Source: a virus (Duplodnaviria; Caudoviricetes). Taken from it: DNA of 64,000 bases. The translations under genes were made by a program, and so were the position numbers. This document shows, piece by piece, positions 23,106-32,958 of the stretch. Location: IMG/VR virus record IMGVR_UViG_2654587976_000001, positions 1 through 64,000 of that record; one strand, written 5' to 3'. Numbering within the stretch: the first letter of the stretch is position 1; each line of letters opens with the position of its first letter. Under the pieces are notes generated by a model, which made no database searches, had not been told where the DNA came from, and worked only from the letters and a program-made list of their open reading frames with translations.

Positions 23106-24107
23106 TTACGAGAAGATTTGATTCTTTTCTTCTTTAAAATCACGAAGGTCGTAATGCTTAATTGTTGTAGACACGTCATTATGCTGTGCAACATATTTAC
23201 TCACGAGCTCAATCTTAATTTTCTTGACTTCAAGAAGGTAAGTAATACAGGAGGCCTTAAAGAGGTGAGGGTTAATGCGCCGACCGAGGATATCAGAAAG
23301 AACATCAGAACAAAAATAGTCAGCCCAACCCTCTGACATTTGCCTTGGTTGACCACCGTACTGTGTAGTAAATAGATATTCATGGTCATATCCCCGTTGT
23401 TCATGCCAAAGCTTCAAATATTCCAGAGCTTCTGTGTTAATCATGTAGTCGAGGGGTTTTCCTTCGCCTTTTCCTTTTCCAAGAACTTTGTGAGCCATGA
23501 CATAAGATTGACCTTCAGGTATCTCATAATTCAGGATTTCGGTTTTAAACTGAATGATTTCAGCTCTTCTGGCACCTACATTAAAGGCAGTAGCTAACCA
23601 AGCCATCCCCAAATAGTTTTTATCTTCTTCAAGCACTTTCATCATTGTTCTGTATTCATCGTAAGTAACCTTTACTTTTTCATACGTGGTTGTTTTAGGG
23701 ATGGCAGGGAGACCTCTTGTGAAGTTCCTGAATGATTTGTAATTATCGTCATCTTCAGCAACAACATTTTCAATGTAGTTATTTAAAGAAGATACTCCAG
23801 CCTTTTTTAAAGCTATTCCACTTGAAGACATCCCTCTATTTTTCAGGAAGCTTTGATATCTGATGAAGTCCCTTTTGGATATTTTGTAAAGCTTCTTCCC
23901 ATTCAAGGAATTATGTACCCACCAGAAGAACTGACGAAGAGAGGAGTTGTATTGCTTCCTGGTTTTATCTCGGAATGAGTGGGCGTCAAGAAACTCTTGA
24001 GTTAAGCTTCTATGCTCGTCATCAACCTGACCCCACATTTCATCCGTGACTTCGGGCAACTTTTCGGCTCTAGAGCGCATCATGTTTTGTTTTATTTCTC
24101 TGGCCAT
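23106..24107 (-). CDS. yomM: Tyrosine recombinase, YomM-like (probable start ATG 24107, 333 aa)
   Basis: SAM-like N-domain; GARRAE, HLFKAS, QH and KHYD catalytic-motif positions; embedded in the late operon as in SPbeta. Confidence 0.85.
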   Translation of the reverse strand: MAREIKQNMMRSRAEKLPEVTDEMWGQVDDEHRSLTQEFLDAHSFRDKTRKQYNSSLRQFFWWVHNSLNGKKLYKISKRDFIRYQSFLKNRGMSSSGIALKKAGVSSLNNYIENVVAEDDDNYKSFRNFTRGLPAIPKTTTYEKVKVTYDEYRTMMKVLEEDKNYLGMAWLATAFNVGARRAEIIQFKTEILNYEIPEGQSYVMAHKVLGKGKGEGKPLDYMINTEALEYLKLWHEQRGYDHEYLFTTQYGGQPRQMSEGWADYFCSDVLSDILGRRINPHLFKASCITYLLEVKKIKIELVSKYVAQHNDVSTTIKHYDLRDFKEEKNQIFS

Positions 24108-24120
24108 TAATACACCACCG

Positions 24121-24537
24121 TTATTCTGTTTTAATACCACTTGCATTTAAATCTTTTTTCATAGCAGCAACTAATCGTCCATCTTTTAAGGATTCAGCAG
24201 TATTCTTCATGACTGGACGAGGTTTTCCGTAACCATAACCGTATTTATCTGGATACGTATATCCTTGACCCGTCTCAACAACCGTAGCAACATCCTTGCC
24301 GTTGTCTTCACGGGTATTGTCTAATGAAATTCCGTTAGATTCGTTTTGAATGACAAAAGAGTCCTTCAAAAGAGAAGTACGTTCATATACAAGAGGTTCG
24401 TATGTGTCATATACATCAGATTGCACATGCTCTTGACCTGTTTTAATCATCGTATTTTTTGTGTTTGCCTGTTTTTGAACGGCTTGCTTCGCGGCATATT
24501 CAATTAGTGCTGCTATATCTTTTATATTCTTGGCCAT
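24121..24537 (-). CDS. Virion morphogenesis protein (YomN position; HK97 gp10-like)
   Basis: YERT..LKDS, VETG and PRP motifs; synteny. Confidence 0.6.
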   Translation of the reverse strand: MAKNIKDIAALIEYAAKQAVQKQANTKNTMIKTGQEHVQSDVYDTYEPLVYERTSLLKDSFVIQNESNGISLDNTREDNGKDVATVVETGQGYTYPDKYGYGYGKPRPVMKNTAESLKDGRLVAAMKKDLNASGIKTE

Positions 24538-25022
24538 TATTCAGCCTCTTGTTCATTTTCAATCTCTTCGACCTTATTAAGGATAAGATCATTTATTTCT
24601 TCTTGAGATATGTTTGACAGTTTGTCTAAATTTTCTTGCATCATCTTTGTTGCTTCTCTAAATTTCTTCATGCTTTCTTCAGGGAAACTACTGATAATCA
24701 ATGGGAAAAATTCAGAGTCCACAAGCTTAACAAACCACTTTACCTTGTTTTTGATATCACTTGGAATACCTAATTCTGTAAATTCCTTAATTAATGAAAA
24801 GAATCCCCATTGAACAGGATTAATATCTTCAAACTTAATTCCTGCTTCTTTAGTCTCTTCTTGATCCGTAATAAATTCAGTAAGCATTTTGGTCAAGCGG
24901 GTAGGGGAGAAGTAAGGGTAAATAAAAACATGAACGTCATCAGTTAGTTGCACTCGTTCTTTTTTGTCATATTTACTTACACTTTCTTCGATCAACCCAA
25001 GATTTAATTTTTTCGATGCCAT
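24537..25022 (-). CDS. Putative tail assembly chaperone (YomO position)
   Basis: Acidic 161-aa ORF in the tail operon; synteny only. Confidence 0.5.
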   Translation of the reverse strand: MASKKLNLGLIEESVSKYDKKERVQLTDDVHVFIYPYFSPTRLTKMLTEFITDQEETKEAGIKFEDINPVQWGFFSLIKEFTELGIPSDIKNKVKWFVKLVDSEFFPLIISSFPEESMKKFREATKMMQENLDKLSNISQEEINDLILNKVEEIENEQEAE

Positions 25023-25104
25023 CTCATTTCCTCCTTATATATCCTCTGCATACATTAAAAAAGACACCTCAAAAGGGGAGAGGTGTCTAAATAAAACTTG
25101 TATT

Positions 25105-25299
25105 TTATTCTGTGTCTGCTTCTTCGTAGTCTTCGCCAGTGATTTCTTTGTACTCTTCTAAAGTGACTAAACCATTCTTTACTCCTAATTGGAGCTCTTC
25201 TTTTGTCACATCGTTGAATTCCTGGTAAGCTTCTTTGACTTGATCGACGGTTGCCCATTTTCGACTCAGGGCATTAACCCAATAATTGTATGTAGTTAT
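25105..25299 (-). CDS. XkdX-family protein (YomP position), 64 aa, apparent ATA start
   Basis: Hand translation ITTYNYWVNALSRKWATVDQV...GLVTLEEYKEITGEDY; GGAGG 9 nt before ATA; no in-frame ATG. Confidence 0.75.
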   Translation of the reverse strand: MTTYNYWVNALSRKWATVDQVKEAYQEFNDVTKEELQLGVKNGLVTLEEYKEITGEDYEEADTE

Positions 25300-25301
25300 T
25301 T

Positions 25302-25619
25302 TTATGAACCTCCCTTTAGATCAGCAATATCTTTTAACATTGTGTTTATTGTTTTGTTGACTTGCAGCAAGCTTAGGCGGAGTTGGGATAGGGTCTGTCC
25401 TATTATTTCAAAATCGTTAGGTTCAGGGATACTTGGTTTAACGCTATCCTTGTATTCTTCAGTTGCTGATTCAATCCATTTATTTTTCTTGGGATCATAT
25501 TTGGGCAAGATTATTGTGGGGTCTGGGACAGCAGTTGTACTGTTTGGAGGAAGATTATCGCCTTCAATGAAGTCTTCTCCAGCGTACATAAAGTTCTCAT
25601 CATAATAAAGAACATGCAT
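25302..25619 (-). CDS. Tail-fibre-associated protein (YomQ position)
   Basis: YYDENF.Y.GED...P.NST...P...PKYD...WIE pattern; between the fibre gene and xkdX-like gene. Confidence 0.6.
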   Translation of the reverse strand: MHVLYYDENFMYAGEDFIEGDNLPPNSTTAVPDPTIILPKYDPKKNKWIESATEEYKDSVKPSIPEPNDFEIIGQTLSQLRLSLLQVNKTINTMLKDIADLKGGS

Positions 25620-25633
25620 AATATTTTCACCTA

Positions 25634-26968
25634 CTACCATAAAGGAATTCCTATATTAAATGAAACTCTGGAAACACTGTTAATGTCATTAGCGTACAAT
25701 CCATCAAAACGTAAATCTCCATCTGTTGTGAAGGCAAATCTCGCTGTTCCATATGATCCAATTGTGGGTACTACAAAATCTACCAGCTGTGTTGGCTTAG
25801 TTGAGAATTTAGCAACTGCAGTTCCAATTGCCGGCAATGTTCCGAAAGATCCTCTTAGCCATAACACATTGTTTACACTTGAGAATTTGAAAGGGTAAGT
25901 GGAGTATTGTGTAGCTCCATTGATAAGTGTGACTGGGTTCCAAGAACCTGATGTGCCACTCCATCTGGCTTTGTCATCTAAAGTAACGTGAATATCAGTT
26001 TTTGCTTCGTGGGCATCAGTATAGGCTTTCGCTGAGTTGAGTGCGGTAGTAGCTCTTACTTGTGCCCCGTCAGTCGTTTCGTGTGTTTGCCATGAAGTCC
26101 AAGCTGAATCACTTTTTCTAAAACGGAAATAAGTATGTGTTCCGTAATACGCCTCTAATGCAAATTGTGCAATTGTAGTTCCATAATTCATGACAACTAA
26201 ATAGACATTGGATAAGTTGGCAGGGGAGTGAAGCCCTTGGTTGGCGATTAAATAAAACCCAGTATTAATCAAATCGTTGTACTCTGTTTTTTCGGAACTG
26301 TCTTTGTAGATTACTTTTCCATCATCGGCAGTGAGTTTGAAAAGTTGAGCAGCGTCCCATCTATCCCGATCAGATTTGTTGATATGGACATTAGTGTCAT
26401 TCAGATGATTATCAAAGTCACTTTTAGTAGCTTGTTTTACATTGTCTACATTCCCAAGTCCAACCTGTTCAGCAGTAACCTTGTGTGGGTTTGATTGATT
26501 GTCAGTATGTTCAGCTAAAAAAGACTTTGACCTTTCATCGGAGCTGTTCCAATAACTGCGCTCATCCTTTGTGATATGTCGATCCAGGTCTGCATCATGA
26601 GCGTCAAAATCCACCTTCGATGCCTGTTGAATATTATCAACCTTAGACAAACCAACTTGGCTTTTAGTAACTGCATGAGGATTTTTCTTGTCGTCAAGAT
26701 GTCCATCAAAATCCACCTTTGTGGCTTGCTCTTCATTAAGTACATTTGATAATCCGACTTGCTCTTTAGTTACATGGTGAGGGTTTTCAATGTTCTGAGT
26801 ATGCGACTTTAATTCTGAATTTTGCTTTTCCATGAACTCATCGACCTTATCGGATAAACGTTTTTCATGATCAGACATGTGAGATTCAGTTCTGAAAAAT
26901 TGATCTTTAAGATTATTGATTTGTATATTGTTTTGTTTGAGCTGACCTACAAATTTACTGCTGCTCAT
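25634..26968 (-). CDS. Tail fibre/baseplate protein (YomR position)
   Basis: Three NPHxVTxxQVGL repeats, knob-like domain and C-terminal receptor-binding-like domain. Confidence 0.75.
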   Translation of the reverse strand: MSSSKFVGQLKQNNIQINNLKDQFFRTESHMSDHEKRLSDKVDEFMEKQNSELKSHTQNIENPHHVTKEQVGLSNVLNEEQATKVDFDGHLDDKKNPHAVTKSQVGLSKVDNIQQASKVDFDAHDADLDRHITKDERSYWNSSDERSKSFLAEHTDNQSNPHKVTAEQVGLGNVDNVKQATKSDFDNHLNDTNVHINKSDRDRWDAAQLFKLTADDGKVIYKDSSEKTEYNDLINTGFYLIANQGLHSPANLSNVYLVVMNYGTTIAQFALEAYYGTHTYFRFRKSDSAWTSWQTHETTDGAQVRATTALNSAKAYTDAHEAKTDIHVTLDDKARWSGTSGSWNPVTLINGATQYSTYPFKFSSVNNVLWLRGSFGTLPAIGTAVAKFSTKPTQLVDFVVPTIGSYGTARFAFTTDGDLRFDGLYANDINSVSRVSFNIGIPLW

Positions 26969-27333
26969 TAACTCACCGCAATTCCTTTAACCGTAACATC
27001 TCCATTTACGGAAATGACCTCAACCATGAATTTGAAAAGCCCCGCAATATCGAAATCCCAGTTTTCATTTGTATTCAATGTGCCCGTACCTAATTGAAAA
27101 TCAGTTTTGTTTGTTCCAGCAATTTCTGTCTTTTCACCATTTTCATCTACGGCAAAGAATTTTATTTCTCTTGAAGTTGAGGAACCAGAGATCTTAACAG
27201 TAATATCCCGATAATGTGATACTACAAATTCTTCACCTTCAGACGGGGCAGTTGTTGCTTCGTGGAATGTAAAGGTTGCTTTATCTGGAATGGTTTTTAA
27301 AATATTTTCATCGGTTTCTGTCAACAACTCCAC
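26968..27333 (-). CDS. Phage structural protein (YomS position)
   Basis: ORF in the late operon; synteny. Confidence 0.6.
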   Translation of the reverse strand: MELLTETDENILKTIPDKATFTFHEATTAPSEGEEFVVSHYRDITVKISGSSTSREIKFFAVDENGEKTEIAGTNKTDFQLGTGTLNTNENWDFDIAGLFKFMVEVISVNGDVTVKGIAVS

Positions 27334-27395
27334 CTCCTAAATCTGTTTAAAAACTGACTTTTATTTAAAAAGGAGAGGGGAAGAATCCCCTCAAA

Positions 27396-27860
27396 TTATT
27401 TAGCTTCAAATACTCTTACGTCTCTGTCAGTACCGTCATTGATCACATAGACATAAAGTGTTTTACCAGCGGCGACAGGAACTGAAAAAGGTTTGTCACC
27501 GGCTGTCAATGGGATACCTGTATCAGCAGTTACAGTTGAGTTCCCAATGTAAATCGTGCCTTCTGTAGGTGGGTAAATAGTAAGTGCTGTTCTGTCAGTG
27601 ATACCTGCGGTAACTTTTTGAGCTGTTGAAGTAACAGTGAATTTATCCGTTTTAAAAGAGGAGAAACCAGGATCTCTTTCATTCAAGGTCACGGAAGGGG
27701 ATTGTACTTGGATGCCTTTGATAGCATCCAAACCAGCTTGAGGAAAGTCAACTTGTAGTGGTTTTTCTTGTGATTTTAGATGAATATCGGTGATTGGTTT
27801 ACCAGTTCCATCGTCTCTAGCTGAAGTGTAAATGTCTCCGTCTTTGTTTAAAAGTGCCAA
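27396..27860 (-). CDS. Hypothetical virion protein
   Basis: Beta-rich ORF after the major tail gene. Confidence 0.6.
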   Translation of the reverse strand: MALLNKDGDIYTSARDDGTGKPITDIHLKSQEKPLQVDFPQAGLDAIKGIQVQSPSVTLNERDPGFSSFKTDKFTVTSTAQKVTAGITDRTALTIYPPTEGTIYIGNSTVTADTGIPLTAGDKPFSVPVAAGKTLYVYVINDGTDRDVRVFEAK

Positions 27861-27878
27861 GATATCAAGCTCCTAACG

Positions 27879-28682
27879 TTATTTTGTTTCTTGCGTTGTT
27901 CCAATGTCTACACTGCTATTCGATGTCGCATCTTCTTGTTCAGTTTTAATTCCTTTTGTCCCATCAGGGTTACGCTTAACACGGGCAAAAGTACCGATCT
28001 TGCCATTATCATCAGCTAATGCTCGGTATCCAATTTCAGGTGTGTAGGCTTGTCCAGCCTCTAAAGACATGTCTGCTTCACCAGAGAAATTAACTTTAGG
28101 TAACTGGATATAAAGGTCACTGTAAATTTTTGATGTCTTTGGATCGTACTCAAGTGTGTGGATTTCGAAGTAATAGTTCTCGGAGAATTTTTCACCACTA
28201 ATTTCAACTGTTTCTGCATCAACTTCAATTTGATAGTGAGCTGTTACAGCGTTCCCTTTAGCAGCAAACGTTTCAGGAACAGTAATTGTTTTGTCTGAAA
28301 CATTAAATTCTTGTTGATCTCCGTCTTCATTTGTAAGTGAGACTTTGGATAAAGGAGTATACGCGATTTTGATTGTGCCGGTATCACTTACAGTAAGACT
28401 TTCATCTTCCCATACAGAAATCGTCTCGTTTTCAATTTTGACACCTTGCTGCATTGCCATAAAATCAAGATCAAAGAAAGCATTTTTTACGTTGCCTGAA
28501 ACCTCTTTGCTTGAGTTGATGACATACAGGTCTCTATTTCCCCATCCACCTTTTAAAAAGTCTTGTTGGACTTGTTGGGAGAACTGAGTCATTTGTGTTA
28601 CAGAAGATGCAACAACCTTGTGGTCACTAAGTCTTTTGGTTAGCACCTTGCCAACTTCATGGATAACTGTTTGTTTTGCCAA
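27879..28682 (-). CDS. Probable major tail tube protein (YomU position)
   Basis: Size, strong AGGAGG RBS, GGWGN motif, position after the head-tail genes. Confidence 0.6.
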   Translation of the reverse strand: MAKQTVIHEVGKVLTKRLSDHKVVASSVTQMTQFSQQVQQDFLKGGWGNRDLYVINSSKEVSGNVKNAFFDLDFMAMQQGVKIENETISVWEDESLTVSDTGTIKIAYTPLSKVSLTNEDGDQQEFNVSDKTITVPETFAAKGNAVTAHYQIEVDAETVEISGEKFSENYYFEIHTLEYDPKTSKIYSDLYIQLPKVNFSGEADMSLEAGQAYTPEIGYRALADDNGKIGTFARVKRNPDGTKGIKTEQEDATSNSSVDIGTTQETK

Positions 28683-28722
28683 GTGTTTTCCTCCTAATTT
28701 AAAATGAAAAAGAGACTGTAAA

Positions 28723-29433
28723 TCAGTCTCCGAATAATTGCTCTAAATTTTTAGCATCTGCTGTACTGAGGTGGTGTTTTTCTTCTCTATACATATCAAC
28801 ATGACTATTCCAGTCACCGATTTTCACATCAGTTGATACAGTGGCAAATAACGCAGAAGTGTTATAATTCATTATTTCACCCATTCTGTAATATGACAGG
28901 TACAATTGATAAATTGTCATATCGGCTACCTCTTGATATGTGTATCCATTAAATGCAGCCACACAGCTAGCGATGTCCTTTAAATCATTTTGAGAATTTT
29001 GGAGTTTTAATTGATTATTCAAATCATGAAACTCCTGTAATTCATCATTCTCAACAATTTTTTCTTCAGTCAGGCAATGCATCTCTAATATCAATTTTCT
29101 AACATTATTAAATGCTCTCTGATCAATAAGATGTAGTGATTCCTTGTCCACAAATACTTTGCTAAACACTTTAAAATAAGCCTGGTTAAATTCGGGTAAG
29201 TAATCATGAACAATTTTGAAGAGACTATTCTTCTTCAATTCGATAATTAAATCATTTAATGAACCGTCATTGTTGATTTTTGAAAAGTTTCTGATGATTT
29301 CCTTCTTGCTCATTTTCATCATATTTAGCTCGCTTATGTACTCTGGGTAATCTCTTAAGTGGATAAAGTTTATTGCACCGACTTCAGTATTAATAGGTCT
29401 TCCTAAAAAGAAAAAATCCTTTAACACATTCAT
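28723..29433 (-). CDS. Hypothetical tail protein (YomV position)
   Basis: ORF in the late operon; synteny. Confidence 0.6.
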   Translation of the reverse strand: MNVLKDFFFLGRPINTEVGAINFIHLRDYPEYISELNMMKMSKKEIIRNFSKINNDGSLNDLIIELKKNSLFKIVHDYLPEFNQAYFKVFSKVFVDKESLHLIDQRAFNNVRKLILEMHCLTEEKIVENDELQEFHDLNNQLKLQNSQNDLKDIASCVAAFNGYTYQEVADMTIYQLYLSYYRMGEIMNYNTSALFATVSTDVKIGDWNSHVDMYREEKHHLSTADAKNLEQLFGD

Positions 29434-29936
29434 TTACTTGCTCCGAAAGTGAATATCAATTTGTATCCCAAGTACCCTTCCGGCGCATTTGATATGAGCA
29501 ACCTTGTATATTTAACATTTTTACCGATGCCAGCAAAATTTTGATTGAAGAGCATGTCACAAATACGATCCGTAATTTTCAGGTTCCTGAATTCAGTCTC
29601 TTCATAGGTGTTAATGTGTGTATAAACATCAATCATCAAATCTTGATCTAGCAGCATCACACTTTGGGTTGAGGGTTTAGGGATTCCATTGCCAAGATAG
29701 ACACAAAGCCTGCAAATTGGTTGATCGGTTAAATCATCAGTTTTGGGAGCACGTTTAATTATGGAGCTTAATATCGATGGGGAATCATCAACTGGATCAT
29801 AATAATTTTCCAACGTCTGAACGTCAGGGAGAGAAGAGGAGAGAGGGTCATCTTTATAATATAAAAGACGATTCAATTCAGTATCATTCATAATGGTTCT
29901 GAATACAGTTGTCATATGTTCGACCATCATACTCAT
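29430..29936 (-). CDS. Putative tail terminator/completion protein (YomW position)
   Basis: Size and position in the head-tail joining cluster. Confidence 0.55.
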   Translation of the reverse strand: MSMMVEHMTTVFRTIMNDTELNRLLYYKDDPLSSSLPDVQTLENYYDPVDDSPSILSSIIKRAPKTDDLTDQPICRLCVYLGNGIPKPSTQSVMLLDQDLMIDVYTHINTYEETEFRNLKITDRICDMLFNQNFAGIGKNVKYTRLLISNAPEGYLGYKLIFTFGASK

Positions 29937-30598
29937 TCACTATCACCTCCAACTTTCTTTTTGGCTATAAGTCTAATTGTCCCGGTGTCTCCATAGACCT
30001 TGGAATAGTCTATATCATCAACACGGAATTCCTCGCCATAAAAAGAAAGAAAAAGACCCTTCCTTAATTTTTCATGTTTTAAAAAGGGGATGGTGACATG
30101 TGCTTGTCCTTCGGGAATGTTTATGGCCAATTCGGATCCAATTATTGAGGTTGTGCGCTCAAAGACACAAGGAACTTCAAGCTTTTCACCAGGAACTGTA
30201 ATCATAATTGGTTTTCCTGTAATTTCATTAATCTTTCCAGATGGAATCTTACGATCAGATGATGTTAGTGAAATAGATGAGTTACATAATTTAGCCTTGG
30301 CTATGGGATAAAGTCTGTTTGTATCAAACTCTGTAATAAGAAAAGGGGAATCGTTTATTTCCGCAATAGCTCCCTTATGGGATTCATAATCAGGTCGAAA
30401 CAGTAATGTTTTATCTTCGGAGGTTTTCCCCTGATTTATTATTACATCGGTTAATTCACCGTTGATCGGAATGCTCTCAGAGAAGAGTGAAGAATCAAAA
30501 GACTTATTTATTGTGTCTTTCGTGTTATTAATTATAACTTCATCAGGAGTAGAGCCGTATGCAAGTAACCTCTTTTTATATGTTTCAAAAGAGTTCAA
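29933..30598 (-). CDS. Putative head-closure protein (YomX position)
   Basis: Position in the head-tail joining cluster. Confidence 0.5.
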   Translation of the reverse strand: MNSFETYKKRLLAYGSTPDEVIINNTKDTINKSFDSSLFSESIPINGELTDVIINQGKTSEDKTLLFRPDYESHKGAIAEINDSPFLITEFDTNRLYPIAKAKLCNSSISLTSSDRKIPSGKINEITGKPIMITVPGEKLEVPCVFERTTSIIGSELAINIPEGQAHVTIPFLKHEKLRKGLFLSFYGEEFRVDDIDYSKVYGDTGTIRLIAKKKVGGDSE

Positions 30599-30915
30599 TG
30601 TTCCATTCTCCCCATTATTTTTTCAATGGTTGCAAGAACTTTAAACACTTCTTTTCTAACGACATGAAAACTGTAGTCATGTGATGAAATATTCAATCGA
30701 ATGGACTCTAGAGTTGCAAGTATCACAACATAATCAGAGCAATCATGTGCAGATTTAATAGTATCCTGAGCTCCATATAATTCGAAGATTAGTGAACTGA
30801 CATAATTATTAATACCATAATTACTTTCTTCTAGGAGGGGAATGATTTTAAAGATGCGTGACTTTAAAAAGTTGAAGTATGCTAACTGAGTTTTTGAATC
30901 TGTTATCATCTTCAT
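30595..30915 (-). CDS. Hypothetical protein (YomY position)
   Basis: Translationally coupled ORF. Confidence 0.55.
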   Translation of the reverse strand: MKMITDSKTQLAYFNFLKSRIFKIIPLLEESNYGINNYVSSLIFELYGAQDTIKSAHDCSDYVVILATLESIRLNISSHDYSFHVVRKEVFKVLATIEKIMGRMEH

Positions 30916-31343
30916 GATCTAAAGCCTCTCATACTTATATTTGAGTATGTATATTGCACCATTAAATCTTCAGCTTCTTTTTTGATTAAATTACGTAGCT
31001 CTCTAATCTCCTTAATATGGTTCGCTTGCGAATACAATTTGAAGTCCTTAGAGCTCAGAGTTTGATGTAAAAGGTCAGCAGTGACTATTTTGGGAGTGAG
31101 ATATTCTACAACCATAAAGCATGCCAGAATTTCTTTTTCTTCATCAGATAGATCTTCATTGAATTGTTTGAGTTCTTGATCCCTGTCAGTTAAGTCCTTT
31201 TTACACCTTCTAAATTTAATAGATGACGACCTTAATAAAGGCTCTAAGGTATCAGCCAAATCTTGGTCGGAAATGTTTAAAAATGAGTAATCAGTTAACT
31301 TAGGAAGGAAAAACCCGTAGATTTCTTCAAAAGGAGTAGGCAA
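30912..31343 (-). CDS. Putative head-tail adaptor (YomZ position)
   Basis: Helical ~140-aa ORF after the capsid cluster. Confidence 0.55.
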   Translation of the reverse strand: MPTPFEEIYGFFLPKLTDYSFLNISDQDLADTLEPLLRSSSIKFRRCKKDLTDRDQELKQFNEDLSDEEKEILACFMVVEYLTPKIVTADLLHQTLSSKDFKLYSQANHIKEIRELRNLIKKEAEDLMVQYTYSNISMRGFRS

Positions 31344-31355
31344 ATATTACGCCTC

Positions 31356-31889
31356 CTAATCTGCTAATGAAAGAATGTCCAAATGGAGCTCTTTTTCCAA
31401 TAGCTTAAGAAGCTGAAGATTATTAAATTCTCCACTTTCAACACCTTTTCTAGCTTTGTCAGCAATCAATTCCTTCATTCCTCTAGGTAATTTAAGTAAG
31501 ATATCTTTGGCATCTGTGACTGAAAGATTGAAGAATTCTTCAACTTCATCAATAGGAATAATGTGTTGATAAACCTTGGTTAAACCTAAGTATTGTACAA
31601 CTTCCTCATCATCGATAAAAATCCAAGGCTCTGTTAGAAACTTAGGCTGAGACGATTTCATTGTTAACAATTCAGATACCTCTATGTATTCTTCATCCCC
31701 ATACGCACTCCATACAGTTTCTAGCCCAGTTTTTTTTGAGATGTATTTCAAACTTCCATTCGTAACATTGAAACATGACACCAACTGATTACGATTTATT
31801 TGTTTCTTTTTCTTAACTGTTTTCTTTTTTGGTGCTTCTTTTTCAGTAACCACTTCATTAGATTCAATTGCAGTTTCTTTTGTTGCCAT
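31356..31889 (-). CDS. Hypothetical protein (YonA position)
   Basis: ORF with AAGGAG RBS; synteny. Confidence 0.6.
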   Translation of the reverse strand: MATKETAIESNEVVTEKEAPKKKTVKKKKQINRNQLVSCFNVTNGSLKYISKKTGLETVWSAYGDEEYIEVSELLTMKSSQPKFLTEPWIFIDDEEVVQYLGLTKVYQHIIPIDEVEEFFNLSVTDAKDILLKLPRGMKELIADKARKGVESGEFNNLQLLKLLEKELHLDILSLAD

Positions 31890-31941
31890 TTAAAACTCTC
31901 CTTTTTCATCAAAAATATATGAGGGCTATTTAGCCCTCATA

Positions 31942-32934
31942 TTATGCAAATTGATACATGCCGTACATTACGTTAAATACTGTGTCCACTCCGTATTGAG
32001 TAATGAATTTGTACTCCATAGACATATCTTGGTTGGTTGTACCATCGGATACTTCTTTAATAAAAGGAGTTCCTTCTTTGACAACCTTAATAGGTTTGGC
32101 GTTGGCTGGTAGAACCATCAAACGATCATTTGCAATTTGGAATTCAAAAGTGTTTGGTTTGTGGCTTTGAGGGATAGGAAGGAGGGAGTATCCGTTCCAA
32201 ACGGAGAGAACACCGTTTTTGTTAATTTGATCTTTCATATTTTCACTCATGAGAGTAGTAGCACCGGATAGTTTAGACAATGCTGTGCGTGTTCCAGCAA
32301 TAATGATTTGAGATCCTTGGTTTGCTGCTTGAACATGCTCTGCCTGCTCAATTAGTGTTGCGTCATTATAGGTGCCAGTCTGTTTGAACTCAGCAGGTAA
32401 GTATGCCATAGAAGCCATGAATTCAGTATAGATACGTGAATTCAACTCCTGAGTGAATGCTTCACTTACTTTTTTGATGAAAGCGTCCCAATCAATGCGA
32501 CCGGCTAAGAACCGTTTGAAGTCAGTGTAAATTGCAATAGCATACGGCTCAGTTTGTACAGTAAAGGTATCCCCAATATTCAATTTTTGCCGTCTGATGC
32601 TCCAATGGTTACCTGAATGGCGCGCTGCTACTAGCATTGTTCTATCTTCAACATAAAATTCATTGGTATCACCAAGAGCTAAATCACGGTAATCCACGAA
32701 TTGTTCGAAGAAAGGGCTGGCAATCATACCATCGGTAATTGTTTGATCAAGTACCTCTTCAATAATTTCGAAGATATCATTCTTATAGCGTCTAAATTGA
32801 CTAAAGTTTGGCTTGTCCGTGCCGATAATCTCTACAAATGCTTTACGGATAACATCATTTGCCTGATTATTTGAGTAATCTGTAACTCTGTTTTTATATA
32901 AATCAATACCCAATTTCACAAGATCTTGTTTCAT
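31942..32934 (-). CDS. yonB: Major capsid protein (YonB position)
   Basis: 330 aa, after portal-protease-decoration genes, followed by a hairpin. Confidence 0.75.
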   Translation of the reverse strand: MKQDLVKLGIDLYKNRVTDYSNNQANDVIRKAFVEIIGTDKPNFSQFRRYKNDIFEIIEEVLDQTITDGMIASPFFEQFVDYRDLALGDTNEFYVEDRTMLVAARHSGNHWSIRRQKLNIGDTFTVQTEPYAIAIYTDFKRFLAGRIDWDAFIKKVSEAFTQELNSRIYTEFMASMAYLPAEFKQTGTYNDATLIEQAEHVQAANQGSQIIIAGTRTALSKLSGATTLMSENMKDQINKNGVLSVWNGYSLLPIPQSHKPNTFEFQIANDRLMVLPANAKPIKVVKEGTPFIKEVSDGTTNQDMSMEYKFITQYGVDTVFNVMYGMYQFA

Positions 32935-32958
32935 TAATTAACCTCCAAGTTATGATTA

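Noticed and set aside
25055-25258. Tracked 67-aa ORF MGNRRSSQ...
   Set aside because: Wrong frame; the overlapping frame encodes the XkdX-like protein
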